Shown here: positions 13,123 to 25,900 of the stretch, one piece after another
Position numbering within the stretch: the first letter of the stretch is position 1
Layout of the letters: each line of letters starts with the position of its first letter
DNA from: Octopus sinensis
Taxonomy: Eukaryota
Direction: 5' to 3'
Length of the DNA: 64,000 nucleotides
Assembly (NCBI RefSeq): GCF_006345805.1
Contig: NC_043014.1
Coordinates: 34,038,001 to 34,102,000, forward strand
Made by a program: the position numbers and the translations under genes
Notes under the pieces: generated by a model
Databases searched by the model: none
Seen by the model: the letters and a program-made list of their open reading frames with translations, nothing else
What the model was told of the DNA's origin: nothing

Positions 13123-13177
13123 GTCATCATCATCGTCGTCGTCGTCGTCGTCGTCATTGTCGTCGTCATCGTCATTA

Positions 13178-13692
13178 TTATTGAATGAGAGAGCAGTGCA
13201 TGCCATCAAAGTGACACTGGGGTAAAATATACGAAGCCCAGTATACCCATCATGACTACCCGTCTGATTGGGGTACACTAGGTACATGCATCACAACCAT
13301 GTGTGCGACATGATTTCATATCAAGATAAACAGCGCATGACCTTGCAGATGGGGCCCAGTTAGAATTTTCTTCTGATCAAGTAACCCATCCCACTCAAAA
13401 GGTGCCTGAATAAGGGTTGTTTAAGGATGTTGAACAAACCACCCATGTTTCCAAAGGTGAATTATCCAAACCTCTAAGAATTCCTTTCAACACACAGCTA
13501 TGATGCTCCCCCACTACTTCTGCTCGTGATCAGAGATGCACATATCGTCAGCCACTAAGGGTCATGCTCAACTGTTTAAGGTCAAACAACTGACAAGCAA
13601 ATCTGTGGTATTGAGCAGAATATTTGTTGTAGCCCATCTTTTATACCAAGGCAAAACAATGTACATGATAACACTTCTAATCAATTAAGATC
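13178..13692 (-). mobile_element. Non-coding 3' region of a retroelement ending in (TAA)n
   Basis: Reverse complement of 38862-39322 at high visible identity. Confidence 0.8.
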
Positions 13693-13706
13693 GTTTCTGT
13701 TGCTGC

Positions 13707-13752
<46 letters not shown>

Positions 13753-14623
13753 GGTGGTGGTGGTGGTGGTGGTGGTGGTGTTGCTGTTGCTGCTGCTGCT
13801 GTTGTTAATCTAAATTTAAGTTGTTTTTAATTTTTTTTACTTTAGGCTGTGCTGACAATATTGCAATTATCTTAAATTTTAAACTTTAAATAATTAATTA
13901 TCTCTAAAAGAATAACAATCTCTTCTCATTAGAATATATTTCTAGGTAATTCATTTACTGATTATTTTCTTTGGGATTCTCATTAAACTAACCTGTCTCC
14001 CATTCAAAGCATATATTTCAAGTTCATACTGTTCTAATGATATATTGTGACCTAAATATTTCTCATGAAAAACTTCGGATATATTTACCTCAACGATATA
14101 TATGTGTTGAGATAATTAACAGTTTGACAAAGGTTGGAATCTTTGCCATCATATTTCAATACTTCTCCAGTATTACAGTCTGCTTACATTTCCATTCTTT
14201 TGGCCAAAGCTGTTAGGCTTACTACAATCTATCTCACTTAATCGTTCTCTTTTCTCTATTCCTAGCGGTGTGGTGAGGCTTTGTAAAGGTGTTGGTGTTA
14301 ATTTCTCGATTTCTGTGGAACCCTCGTCGATTAAACATGCAGAAGTAATAAATCGCAGAATTATACAATACCAACGTATCTGAAACGCACGCAAGGTTAC
14401 AAATGTATAATTCTCCGTTCTATTGTAGTTTTTAATATCGTGTCCTTCTAATGAATTTTTCGGTGTATGAACTTCGGATTTACAGATTTGACATGTAGAT
14501 GATCGTAAATTAACGGACTACGTGGATTGCAAAGCCTTTCACTGGTTAATTTAGTTAGCCAAGTTTTACTCCGATAGAGTGCTTAAAAAGTATTCGCCTG
14601 GATTTTTAATTCATTTTTCTTAT

Positions 14624-14686
<63 letters not shown>

Positions 14687-14801
14687 GTAATATAATAATA
14701 AGAGTAAATAATTTCTATAAAGGCTTTTTAAAAAAACCCCAATTATTTACTGGTAGAATTCGGTATGTAAATATAGCCGATTACCGGCAGGAACTTCTGT
14801 A

Positions 14802-14975
14802 AGGCGCAGGAGTGGCTGTGTGATAAGTAGCTTGGTTCCGGGTTCAGTCCCATTCCGTGACACCTTGGGCAAGTGTCTTCTACTATAGCCTCGGGCCGAC
14901 CAAAGCCTTGTCAGTGAATTTGGTAGACGGAAACTGAAAGAAGCCCGTCGTATATATGTATATATGTTATATATA

Positions 14976-15047
<72 letters not shown>

Positions 15048-15230
15048 GCGTGTGTGTGTTTGTGTGTTTGTGTTGTCCCCCTAGCATTACTTGACAACCG
15101 ATGCTGGTGTGTTTATGTCCCCGTTACTTAGCGGTTCGGCAAAAGCGACCGATAGAATAAGTACTGGGCTTACAAAGAATAAGTCCCGGGGTCGAGTTGC
15201 TCGATTAAAGGCGGTAAAAGAGTAAGAGTA
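14802..15230 (+). mobile_element. CORE-type SINE
   Basis: Head AGGCGCAGGAGTGGCTGTG, body and tail as 5681-6107. Confidence 0.85.
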
Positions 15231-15291
<61 letters not shown>

Positions 15292-15656
15292 AGAGAGAGA
15301 GAGAGAGATGCGTATGTAAGTATGTGTGTGTACACATATATAAAGCATACACACATAGCACACACACACACATATATGTATGTATGCATGCATGTATATC
15401 ACCTAATTTGAGGTAGAGCAGCAGTGGTCACTCTCAGGCTGGGCTCTTCACTGCAGTTGACGTTCAATTATTTATAAGTCGATTTCTGCTTGGGAAACCG
15501 TGGTTTGAGAGACAATTTTTCAAGAGGACGCATATCTAGAATAGAAAAGGCAAGTTTATCGATTTCACCTAACTAGAGAAGCATGCAACTGAATAGTTCA
15601 GATAAACAGAAGCTGTTGTAGTACAGCAACAAAAAAACACGGAGAAAAGAGACAAT

Positions 15657-15827
15657 AGGCGCAGGAGTGGCTGTGTGGTAAGTAGCTTGCTGACCAACCA
15701 CATGGTTCCGGGTTCAGTCCCACTGCGTGGCATCTTGGCAAGTGTCTTCTGCTATAGCCCCGGGCCGACCAATGCCTTGTGAGTGGATTTGGTAGACGGA
15801 AACTGAAAGAAGCCTGTCGTATATATG

Positions 15828-15858
<31 letters not shown>

Positions 15859-16058
15859 ATGTGTTTGTGTGTCTGTGTTTGTCCCCCTAGCATTGCTTGA
15901 CAACCGATGCTAGTGTGTTTGCGTCCCCGTCACTTAGCGGTTCGGCAAAGGAGACCGATAGAATAAGTACTGGACTTACAAAGAATAAGTCCCGGGGTCG
16001 ATTTCCTTGACTAAAGGTGGTGCTCCAGCATGGCCGCAGTCAAATGACTGAAACAAGT
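15657..16058 (+). mobile_element. Full-length CORE-type SINE with 12-bp TSD
   Basis: TSD AAAAGAGACAAT at 15645-15656 and 16059-16070. Confidence 0.92.
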
Positions 16059-16619
16059 AAAAGAGACAATGTCACTATGGCCATTGGTGGAAGTGGGTTT
16101 GCGTGTGACTCTCCCAAACAGTTTGATGGCCACATTTTGAACTTGGTCATGATATCTGTGTATGTAGCAGCTGAGCCATCTCAGATATGTAAGTAGTACT
16201 TCATTGAGTGTCCTTCCTGAGTTTTGCAGATGGTCAACAACTGATCAGATAAAGTTATTGTGGCTCTGGTGACAATCATTACACTTCAAGAGCAGTTTTA
16301 GTAACAGTATATGCGGAAGTTCGCTATTGGATATCATCATATGATATGAGGTATTTGTAGTGTCTTTAATAAAGGGACTGTTATGAGCTATTTCCTTAGT
16401 ATGTTTAACAATAAATCGTATGTGCTATATCGTATATGCTATGTGTAGCTATATGTGCTATGTGTAGCAATTGTTTCTTTTTGCTGTTTGGAGAAACGAG
16501 GTTGATATTTTGAAAGGATTTATGTTTCTCTACTATGTTGAGAAGTAAATGGCTTGCAGTGGTGCGTCTAAATTGCATGTGTTTGGAAGATGAATGTGGT
16601 GTTACGGCGATACATTCTA

Positions 16620-17125
16620 TTGGGTTGTCCAGAAAGTTCGTGCCGATTTTTAAAGGAAAGAAAAAAGTCAATAAATACTTGCCATTTCATTTTTAATCAA
16701 CCAAATATGAACCATTTTGTTGCACAATGCGTCTCCATCTTTCCCTTTAAGTTGTAAATGCCCTCTTCCTAGAATTGAGGTGGTTTCAAGCAAAGGATTC
16801 ATCAAAGTATCTTTTTACGCCATCCAAGGAATTGAAATTTTTATCATTAAGACTATTCTGCAGAGACCTGAACAAGTGGAAATCCAAAGGAGCAATATCT
16901 GGTGAATATGGAGGGTGGGGTAACTCATCCCAGCTGAGCTGCAGCAATTTTTGTCAGGTTCCCAAAGAAATGTGCGGTCTTGCATTATCATGTTGGAAAA
17001 CAACACCCTTCCTGTTGGCCAATTCTGGACGTTACTCTTGAATTCTGCTTTTAACTCGTCCAGTTGTGTGCAGTATTTCTCTGAATTAATTGTCTGGTTA
17101 CTTGGGAGAAGCTAATAGTACAGAA
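16620..17125 (-). mobile_element. mariner (DD34D) transposon 3' half, pseudogene
   Basis: GVVFQHDNARPH, HPPYSPDIAP, DFHLFRSLQ on the minus strand; TA-TTGGGTTGTCC terminus at 16620. Confidence 0.88.
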
Positions 17126-17605
17126 TACACACACACATACACACATCACTGAAATCAACCTCAGCAACTAGTAGTAGTTTCTTTGTGCGGGCGTCATGCA
17201 ATTGGTCAGGTCACTGTGTTGAAATAAACTTCAAAACAACTAGTATTACAATTTAATGTTTGTGATAAAGCGAGAACAAAACGAAACGTGCTATCTGTTG
17301 ATATTGTTTGCTACAAAGTTTAACTCAACTACTCAACAGTCTCTCGCGCAGAGACTACTAGTAGTTGTCAGTCCTAGTTCTATCAACCTAAATTAAGTTC
17401 ATACTCTACTTAATGGCATTGAGTACTTTTTCTTTCGTTTGTCTGCAATATATATGGGATGGGGTGAATTTCTGGATATCCCAAAGTATGGGATATTCTG
17501 TGGTCGGAGACAAATAGGGAACATGTGAAAGGTGTGGGGGTGGTAGGGGTGTGGGGATGTGGGTGTCGGATGGAGGTGTATATGTATATATATATATATA
17601 TATAG

Positions 17606-17646
<41 letters not shown>

Positions 17647-18798
17647 TATCACTATATATATATATTTGTCGATATATATATTATATATATATATATATAT
17701 AGATATATATATATATATATAATATTTAGCAGAAGCAACAGAGTGACTCAAACTATCCTCGTTTATTTTTCTTCTTTTATATAGCTCTATAAAGCGTCAA
17801 TTCACTATTCTACCATTACCATGCGGACAAACACTATAACGACATTCATCGCCACTTTAAAGCTAGCTTTATTGTAATTGATGATGGTACATCCTCCACG
17901 TCTTGAAACTCACCTTCTGTCGTCTGTTTTCTCCATTACCACAACTCCTCCAACTATTTAATAAAGAGAAAGAGAAAAATGTATGTTTGTGTGTAGGAAA
18001 GGGGAAAAGAATAAGTGAAAATGCCATTGTCTTTTGTTACGACTTCCTGTGGGTTTTGAAATTTTTCTAATATTTTTTGATTGCATTTTCTTTGAGACCA
18101 GAAATAACGTAAGCTTTTCGTGTACTTCTCTTTCTCGTGTCTACTGACCTGATTTTCTTTTTATTACTAACATGGCTGTGGGAATGACTTGTGTCGTAAT
18201 CACCACATATTTATATAATTTCATCCAAATATTTTTAGGTATGTTTCTATGTATAAGTTTAATGGTATATATAAATACGGGAAAGGACACTGGAGTTTGT
18301 TGAGATTTTGATAAACAACAATTTATTCTTTTCGTACACAAAAAAACAAATGCTGTCGTTGCTACGAACGACAAAACTTCGAGTGAGTTTTTGTTCGTGG
18401 TGTAGTTAAAGTGTTAAGTTGCTTGCCGTCTGCTGACTTCTGTCATTCGACCTCCAACTATTCATTGCCTTTTTATTGTCAGCTGCTGTCTGCCGTCTCT
18501 GTTGGTCAACTCCAGCAGCGTCTGTCAAGGATCTCTCTGCTGCCTCCCAAAGCTCTGTCTAGTAGTCATGGTGTGTCGACTTTCACGCTGGTTTATATTA
18601 TTAAAGGAAACGCGCCAAAGGAAAAGATTATTACCGGAACCTATTCGATGCGAGGTCGTGATTGACCGGATTTTTTGGTCACATGGGCTATATTCTTACG
18701 AATCGGAATATCGTGCGATTGCTGAATATTCCAGCTTCACATACACACACACAGAAAAAATATATACGGTCAATAGACAACATATTTTTCTAATGTAT

Positions 18799-19960
18799 TG
18801 TTATGGATTTTGGCTAGTGCAGTATTGGTGACCCACTTTGGAATAATGGCGCCGGCAGGCCTGGAGTAAAAAGTGACAGTCCTTTGTTTAATGGGAGATT
18901 AATGGGACCTTTCTGGCCTGGTGCGGTCGATTAGGGGTCGTTCTAGACATCCTTGAAGAAAGAGAAGAAAAGTAGTGAGCGAGATAGAGTATAAGGCTAA
19001 GGGACAGATGTGAGGAAGAATAGCAGTGAGAGAGGATGAGGGGGCAGAGAAGGACAGGCAGAGAGTATGGTAGAGCTGTCATGAGAGGGTGATAGGCAGC
19101 GGGCGATAGAGATAGAGTAGGGAATCAGAGGGCAAATAGAGAGGCTATAACAAATAGAGACAGAGGGAGATTAGGGTAGTGGAAGTCAGGACAAGGAAGT
19201 GAGGTTTTGGGCAGTCGGTGGTCGGTCCTCGAAGAACACAGTCGGATTCTTGGAAGTTAGGAGCAAGCGGTGGAATCTTAGGAGCAAGTTGGGATGCGAG
19301 GGAACTTGGCGGCACAGAAGGGAATATGTACGGAGGAATTAGCGGTACGGAGAGATGGTGTGCGGAATGGGACACTGGCGATTCTAATTAGGAATTAAGG
19401 TATTTGATTGTGTATTGATACGTGTCACGGTGTATTGAACAGTGAAAAGAACAGTCAAGGACTTGTCGATATGTCGATTATCGAGTTGTGGTATTTATGT
19501 TCAGAATTGTGTTGATATGTGTAGGAAAAGATTATAAAGAACTGTGAACGTTATCTGTTGATGTGATTTGGAAAAGAACTGTGTCTTCGGACGTGTACCT
19601 TTGAAATACTGTATATGACTTGTTGTGTCTCGGACTGTTATATTGTTACATGCATGTTGTTAAATGCTTTGATCTGTGGTATTCCGTAGATGTATTGATG
19701 TGTTGTTTGCCTAAATGCTTTGATGTTGTAACCATTGATTGTCATATAAACTAGTTGTTGAATGTAAGCCAGTGTTGCCAGTTGTTGCCTTGCCTCTTTT
19801 GGTGTCTCTCTCGGTGTGCCTCTGTATCTCTGTGCTGCTGCGGTTGTTGTTGTTGTGTCTCTCCTCCTCTCTCCGACGAGTTTCCGTGGCGGGAACATTC
19901 GCTGATCGTGTCGGGCCTGTCTGGGGATTCCGTACAGTTTTCGGAGGTCCCCGCGTAACA
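18799..19960 (+). repeat. 5' LTR
   Basis: TGTTATGG...GCGTAACA, followed 2 nt later by the PBS. Confidence 0.93.
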
Positions 19961-19962
19961 AC

Positions 19963-19980
19963 TGGTGTCAGAAGTGGGAT
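19963..19980 (+). promoter_or_regulatory. Primer-binding site, tRNA-Leu
   Basis: TGGTGTCAGAAGTGGGAT is complementary to the tRNA-Leu 3' end ATCCCACTTCTGACACCA. Confidence 0.88.
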
Positions 19981-20018
19981 TGTCCTGATTGCTGCGTTTC
20001 GATCGGCTTTTTTTCGCT

Positions 20019-21932
20019 ATGGATTTGTCTGGTTGTCAGACCGGAGACGAGGAGATTTCGCTTGCCCTGATTGTGGAGATGTTGAGGGGCCAGATGGCGC
20101 AGACGGACGCATTCTTAGAAAGAATGGACAAGAGGCGACAGGGCCTGTGGGCAGATCAGCGGGAGCTTGAGGTTGCGGATGGGTCAGCTTTGGAGGATCG
20201 GTGTTGGACCGGGGATAGCGACGGTCTTGTGGGCAGATTGCCCGTCGAACGAAGCATCGAGTGAAACAGATAGTGAAGGAAGTGTTGCAGAACCTGGGTT
20301 GGTTGCCGAAATCTGTGATGCTGGACCGGTAGTGTTTGCGGAAACTGAAACGTATGTTGCTGAGCCCTATGTGTAGGAAACCGAAAAGCCTGTTGAAGGT
20401 GTTATGGCTGATGCTGTTGTTCCGTGTCTGGAGCCCTTGGCGTCTCGACCCCTGTCTCTCGGAACTCGGGACGAAGAGCTGGCGAGGTCTGGGGCGGATG
20501 TCGCTGAATCCGAGGTTCCGGCTCTGTGTGTGATGGTCGCGGCAGGTGTTGTGCCGTGTGCGGGTCCTTTGGTGTCTGGGCCCCTGTCTCTTGGGGCCCA
20601 GAAGGACTGTATGGTTCCCACTGTGGAGAGACCACAGGCGTGGATGGACTGGCGGCCGAGCGTGCGTGTTGTGAGGCCTGCGGTACGGAAGCTGGTGAGG
20701 AAAAGGACCAGGCCCGTTGACGAGGCGAGACGGCTGCGAACGGTGGAGGGTCCACCGAGACCAGGAAGACTGCTTCAGCGTTGGGTGAGCTTTGTGGTTG
20801 ATGGCTGCTTGGGGCTGGTGGAGCCCGACAGGCAGTGCATAGTAAAAGCTCAATTGAGGGTCGGGTGGACCCTAGTGGAAGCAGAAGCTGGCGGAGCGCT
20901 GGCTGGGTCGGCCGATCTTTTGGAGTGGCACAGGCGATTTGCAGAAGGCAAATCGAGGAATCGTGCCAGATGGCGAACCAGTGGTGGGGCCAGTTCTGCC
21001 GATACGGCAACGCAGTTGAGGGAGTTGGTGGCCCACTAATGCAGTTGAGGAAGCGGTCCGCAAGGAGTCGCTGGTGCTTGATTGGCACTCCGGTGAGCTC
21101 TGTATTCGATGGTTGCGTGGGGCTGGTGGAGCCCGACAGGCAGTGCAGAATAGGAGCTCAATTGAGGGTCGACTGGACCCTGGTGGAGGCAGAAGCTGAC
21201 AGAGCGCTGGTTGGGTCGGCCGATTTAGTGAAGGCTGCGCAGGCGATTTGCAGAGGGCAAATCGTGGAACTGCGCCGGACGGTAATCCAGCGGCGGGGTC
21301 AGTTCTGCCGGTGCAGTGATGCAGTAAAAGGAGATCGTGGTCCGCTGATGCAGTTGCGGAAGAAGCAACCGTTGGTGAGGAGCGCAGGACGTTGGTCGCG
21401 AAGGTTGTCAGATGTTGGTCGCGCGAACATGGCGGAGTGCTTCATCAACCAAGGCGGTCGTCGCTTGAGGAAGCAGCGAGGCCGGAGGAAAGTCCCAGTA
21501 CGGCAGCGCAAGAGGAGATATCGGCGACGGGGAACAGTGGAAAAGCGGAATGGTCCCTGGTCGTCGGCGATAGTTGCGCGGAATGGAGATGGCACAGCAA
21601 GATGCTACGTGGGATATAGAGCCCTGAGGAAGGTGGCCACTGTGAAGGATTGGCCGGACCCTGCCTGTGTGAGGGATTTGAGGAACTTCCTCGGACGGTG
21701 CGCCTTTGTAGCGGCTAGTAGGAAGCCTGGCGCCTTGGCGGAGGTGTTACCCAAGCCGCAAGGGAGGTGCCAACCTGTGGCTGGTGCTGAGGTGGTGGCC
21801 GTGGGAGGTGAGACCCCCGGAGGAGAAACCACCAAGGGGACCTCAGTTCCTGGAACGTCTGCTGGAGCTCGCCCTCGGAGGTGCGGGTTTGTTATGCTTT
21901 TGTCGGGTCGACAAAGCTTAGGTAGGGGGTAG
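20019..21932 (+). pseudogene. Reconstructed single ORF (~638 codons) of the LTR element; two frameshifts and one stop; RT core deleted
   Basis: ORFs 19989-20264, 20167-20376, 20404-21039, 20835-21932 tile PBS to PPT; GPWSSAIV..DGTARCYVGYRAL joined directly to VKDWPDP..VRDLRNFLG. Confidence 0.7.
21920..21932 (+). promoter_or_regulatory. Polypurine tract
   Basis: AGGTAGGGGGTAG immediately before the 3' LTR. Confidence 0.85.
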
Positions 21933-23101
21933 TGTTATGGATTTTGGCTAGTGCAGTATTGGGACCCACTTTGGAATAATGGCGCCGGCAGGCCTGGAGT
22001 AAAAAGTGACAGTCTTTGTTAATGGAGATTAATGGGACCTTTCTGGCCTTGTGCGGTCGATTAGGGGTCGTTCTAGACATCCCTTGAAGAAGAGGAAGAA
22101 AAGTAGTGAGAGAGATAGAGTATAAGGCTAAGGGACAGATGTGAGGAAGAATTAGCAGTGAGAGAGGATGAGGGGGCAGAGAAGGACAGGCAGAGAGTAT
22201 GGTAGAGCTGTCATGAGAGGGTGATAGGCAGCGGGCGATAGAGATAGAGTAGGGAATCAGAGGGCAAATAGAGAGGCTATAACAAATAGAGACAGAGGGA
22301 GATTAGGGTAGTGGAAGTCAGGACAAGGAAGTGAGGTTTTGGGCAGTCGGTGGTCGGTCCTCGAAGAACACAGTCGGATTCTTGGAAGTTAGGAGCAAGC
22401 GGTGGAATCTTAGGAGCAAGTTGGGATGCGAGGGAACTTGGCGGCACAGAAGGAAATATGTACGGAGGAATTAGCGGTACGGAGAGATGGTGTGCGGAAT
22501 GGGACACTGGCGATTCTAATTAGGAATTAAGGTATTTGATTGTGTATTGATACGTGTCACGGTGTATTGAACAGTGAAAAGAACAGTCAAGGACTTGTCG
22601 ATATGTCGATTATCGAGTTGTGGTATTTATGTTCAGAATTGTGTTGATATGTGTAGGAAAAGATTATAAAGAACTGTGAACGTTATCTGTTGATGTGATT
22701 TGGGAAAAGAACTGTGTCTTCGGACGTGTACCTTTGAAATACTGTATATGACTTGTTGTGTCTCCGGACTGTTATATTGTTACATTCATGTTGTTAAATG
22801 CTTTGATCTGTGGTATTCCCGTATGATGTATTGATTTGTTGTTTGCCTTAAATGCTTTGATGTTGTAACCATTGATTGTCATATAAACTAGTTGTTGAAT
22901 GTAAGCCAGTGTTGCCAGTTGTTGCCTTGCCTCTTTTGGTGTCTCTCTCGGTGTGCCTCTGTATCTCTGTGCTGCTGCGGTTGTTGTTGTTGTGTCTCTC
23001 CTCTCCTCTCCGACGAGTTTCCGTGGCGGGAATATTCGCTGATCGAATCGGGCCTGTCTGAGGGATTCCGTACAGTTTTCGGAGGTCCCATCCTCATAAC
23101 T
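21933..23101 (+). repeat. 3' LTR
   Basis: Direct repeat of 18799-19960; ends CATAACT rather than AACA. Confidence 0.92.
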
Positions 23102-23222
23102 GTATAAAGATGAGACATGTACTGTTTATTTGTCCCATTATTATGTGTTAATTATCAGCGCCCTTGCTGATAACAAATTATCTTATTTGTTCATTAATGT
23201 TCGAAACCTAGGTACAAGTGGT

Positions 23223-23670
23223 GGATCTTTTCCTTTTGATGGACGGAATTTTCTAGTTAACTAAACAATTTGAAACTTCGTATACTGGTAGAATGTGTCA
23301 AAAGAAAACATTATTGTAAACAAAATTGAAAACAAAATTGTAATTTGTAAGTTTAACGTAGTTTAATTCTTCGAATTTTAACCAGTGAAATGCCAGCATT
23401 TGAGCTCAAATCATTTGCTGCGTCTAAAAACTCAGACAATATCCTGTTGCAACGTACAGCACACACACACACACACACGTGTTATTCATCCTTCTCTCTT
23501 CTGCATGTGCTAGAAATAACAGCTATATCTCTTAAATCGATGAATTTCGTCGCCCAATAAAAATATTAACGATATCTTTTGAATATTTTCTTAATTTTTT
23601 TTTACCAGTATACGAAGTTTCAAATTGTTTAGTTAACTAGAAAATTCCGTCCATCAAAAGGAAAAGATCC
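23223..23670. mobile_element. GGATC-ended MITE, perfect ~68-bp TIRs, 8-bp TSD
   Basis: TIR GGATCTTTTCCTTTTGATGGACGG...; exact TSD CAAGTGGT (23215-23222, 23671-23678). Confidence 0.95.
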
Positions 23671-23883
23671 CAAGTGGTAACTATTGAAAATGTTTTTCTT
23701 TTTCATCCCCTTCGAAATTACTCTTAACTGTGGCTTGGGCTTTGACTGCTCCTTTTAGTGTGTAAGGTGTCCTGCTAGGGTCACCTTTTTGTGTATAAAC
23801 GTACACTCATTAATATATATAACATTATATATATAATATATTATATAATATATTATATATATATAGTATATATACATTATAAT

Positions 23884-23950
<67 letters not shown>

Positions 23951-23951
23951 G

Positions 23952-24008
<57 letters not shown>

Positions 24009-24236
24009 ATATATATACACATATATATATATACCCGAGTCAGCAGATAAATGTGAAACAAGGTGGGGGAAAATAGTACTCGAATACCGGAGGTAGAGTA
24101 ATAATGCTTTATTATTAAAGCTGCAATAACATCGCAAAAATCTTATAACGAAGATGGAGTAAATGTTGAAATGAGATATACGACTTGAGATAAAATGAAC
24201 TTGTAAGCGATGTTTTTATTCTCCGTTATAAAATAC

Positions 24237-25350
24237 TGTTGTGAATAGTTCAGTTCACGGTACTTCTTGACCTACTTTTGGGATAAACCCATTGTCCTGT
24301 CAGATTCAGGTGGATTGATCGGTTCTGGGTAAACTCTGCGACCCCTTTCGGGTGAATTAGAGGTCGTTCTAGACACCCCTTGAATATGTGAGGAAGAATC
24401 TAGCAGTAGTAAGAAAAAGATAGAGTAGGGAATCTAAGAGCAGATGGAGAGGGTATTGACAGTAAGAGAGGATGAGGGGCAGAGAGAAGAAAGGTAGTGA
24501 GAGAGATAGAGTATAAGGCTAAGGGACAGATTGAGGCGATAGAGATAGGCAGTAAGGGAGCAGGGCAGTTAGAGAGGAAGTGAGGTCTTGGCAGTCGGTG
24601 GTCGGTCCTCGAAGAACACAGTCGGATTCTTGGAAGTTAGGAGCAAGCGGTGGAATCTTAGGAGCAAGTTGGGATGCGAGAGAACTTGGCGGCACAGAAG
24701 GGAATATGTACGGAGGAATTAGCGGTATGGAGAGATGGAGTGCGGAATGGGACACTGGCGATTCTAATTAGGAATTAAGGTATTGATTGTGTATTGATAC
24801 GTGTCACGGTGTATTGAACAGTGAAAAGAACAGTCAAGGACTTGTCGATATGTCGATTATCGAGTTGTGGTATTATGTTCAGAATGTGTTGATATGTGTA
24901 GAAAAAGATTATAAAGAACTGTGAACGTTATCTGTTGATGTGATTTGGGAAAAGAACTGTGTCTTCGGACGTGTACCTTTGAAATACTGTATATGACTTG
25001 TTGTGTCTCCGGACTGATATATTGTTACATGCATGTTGTTAAATGCTTTGATCTGTGGTATACCCGTATGATGTATTGATTTGTTGTTTGCCTTAAATGC
25101 TTTGATGTTGTAACCATTGATTGTCATATAAACTAGTTGTTGAAGTGTTGCCAGTGTTGCCGTTTTGCCTTGCCTCTTTTGGTGTCTCTCTGGGTTGTGC
25201 CTCTGTATCTCTGTATCTCTGTGCTGCTGCGGTTGTTGTTGCAGTGTCTCTCCTCTCCTCTCCGACGAGTTTCCGTGGCGAGAATATTCGCTGATCGAAT
25301 CGGGCCTGTCTGAGGGATTCCGTACAGTTTTCGGAGGTCCCCTCGTAACA
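24237..25350 (+). mobile_element. Solo LTR related to the 18799-23101 element
   Basis: TGTT...AACA termini, TSD ATAC (24233-24236, 25351-25354); 3' ~770 bp nearly identical to the other LTRs, 5' part different. Confidence 0.92.
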
Positions 25351-25900
25351 ATACAATGGTTGTCGTACATGAGTTAACATAACATAACAGGTTATTACAA
25401 AGATGTGTGAGAGAACTTCGTAGTTAGGCTGGACTGTTGATGTTGAAGACATAGTTGACGTATTGTTGGTGGTGTGTAGAGGCAGCTGTTGGTGTGTTGG
25501 TCGTGTAGTGTTCATACAGCAATGATGCAGACAGGCGTCTGGTGGAGATGAAAGCGGAGACTGGCTGGTGTCAGATACATCGTTGCTGGAGACGAATTGC
25601 GTGTGTGGTCAGTGGCGAGTGCCAAAGACCTAGAACAATCGAGAACTGCTGTACTTATAGGGAATAGTAGGCTCCCAGAAGCTGGTGATAAATTTCCCGC
25701 GTAAGGAAAAATAAACTGTTGCGCCAATGTGATAGGAATAGCTGGAAGCCGACCAATACAAACAACAAGTTCGTTTAATCGCGAGGTCATGTGACCGGTA
25801 GAACCAAAAGGTCTTGTGGAACCGATATTAGGGTATTTAAGCCTAGAGGAGTCAAAATGAAAACAACTCACACAATGACAGTGTAAATCACTTATGTTAC

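Larger units (their letters stand above)
18799..23101 (+). mobile_element. Complete non-autonomous Ty3/gypsy-type LTR retrotransposon
   Basis: Two near-identical ~1.16-kb LTRs, PBS, PPT, TSD GTAT (or TGTAT) on both sides, 1.97-kb interior with decayed pol-like motifs. Confidence 0.93.

Noticed and set aside
18600-18700. Short similarity to 25770-25800 (GCGAGGTC.TG..TGACCGG) near both LTR insertions
   Set aside because: Too short to distinguish from chance by eye.
18799-19960. LTR retrozyme (hammerhead inside the LTRs)
   Set aside because: No CTGAnGA...GAAA core seen on either strand of the LTRs.
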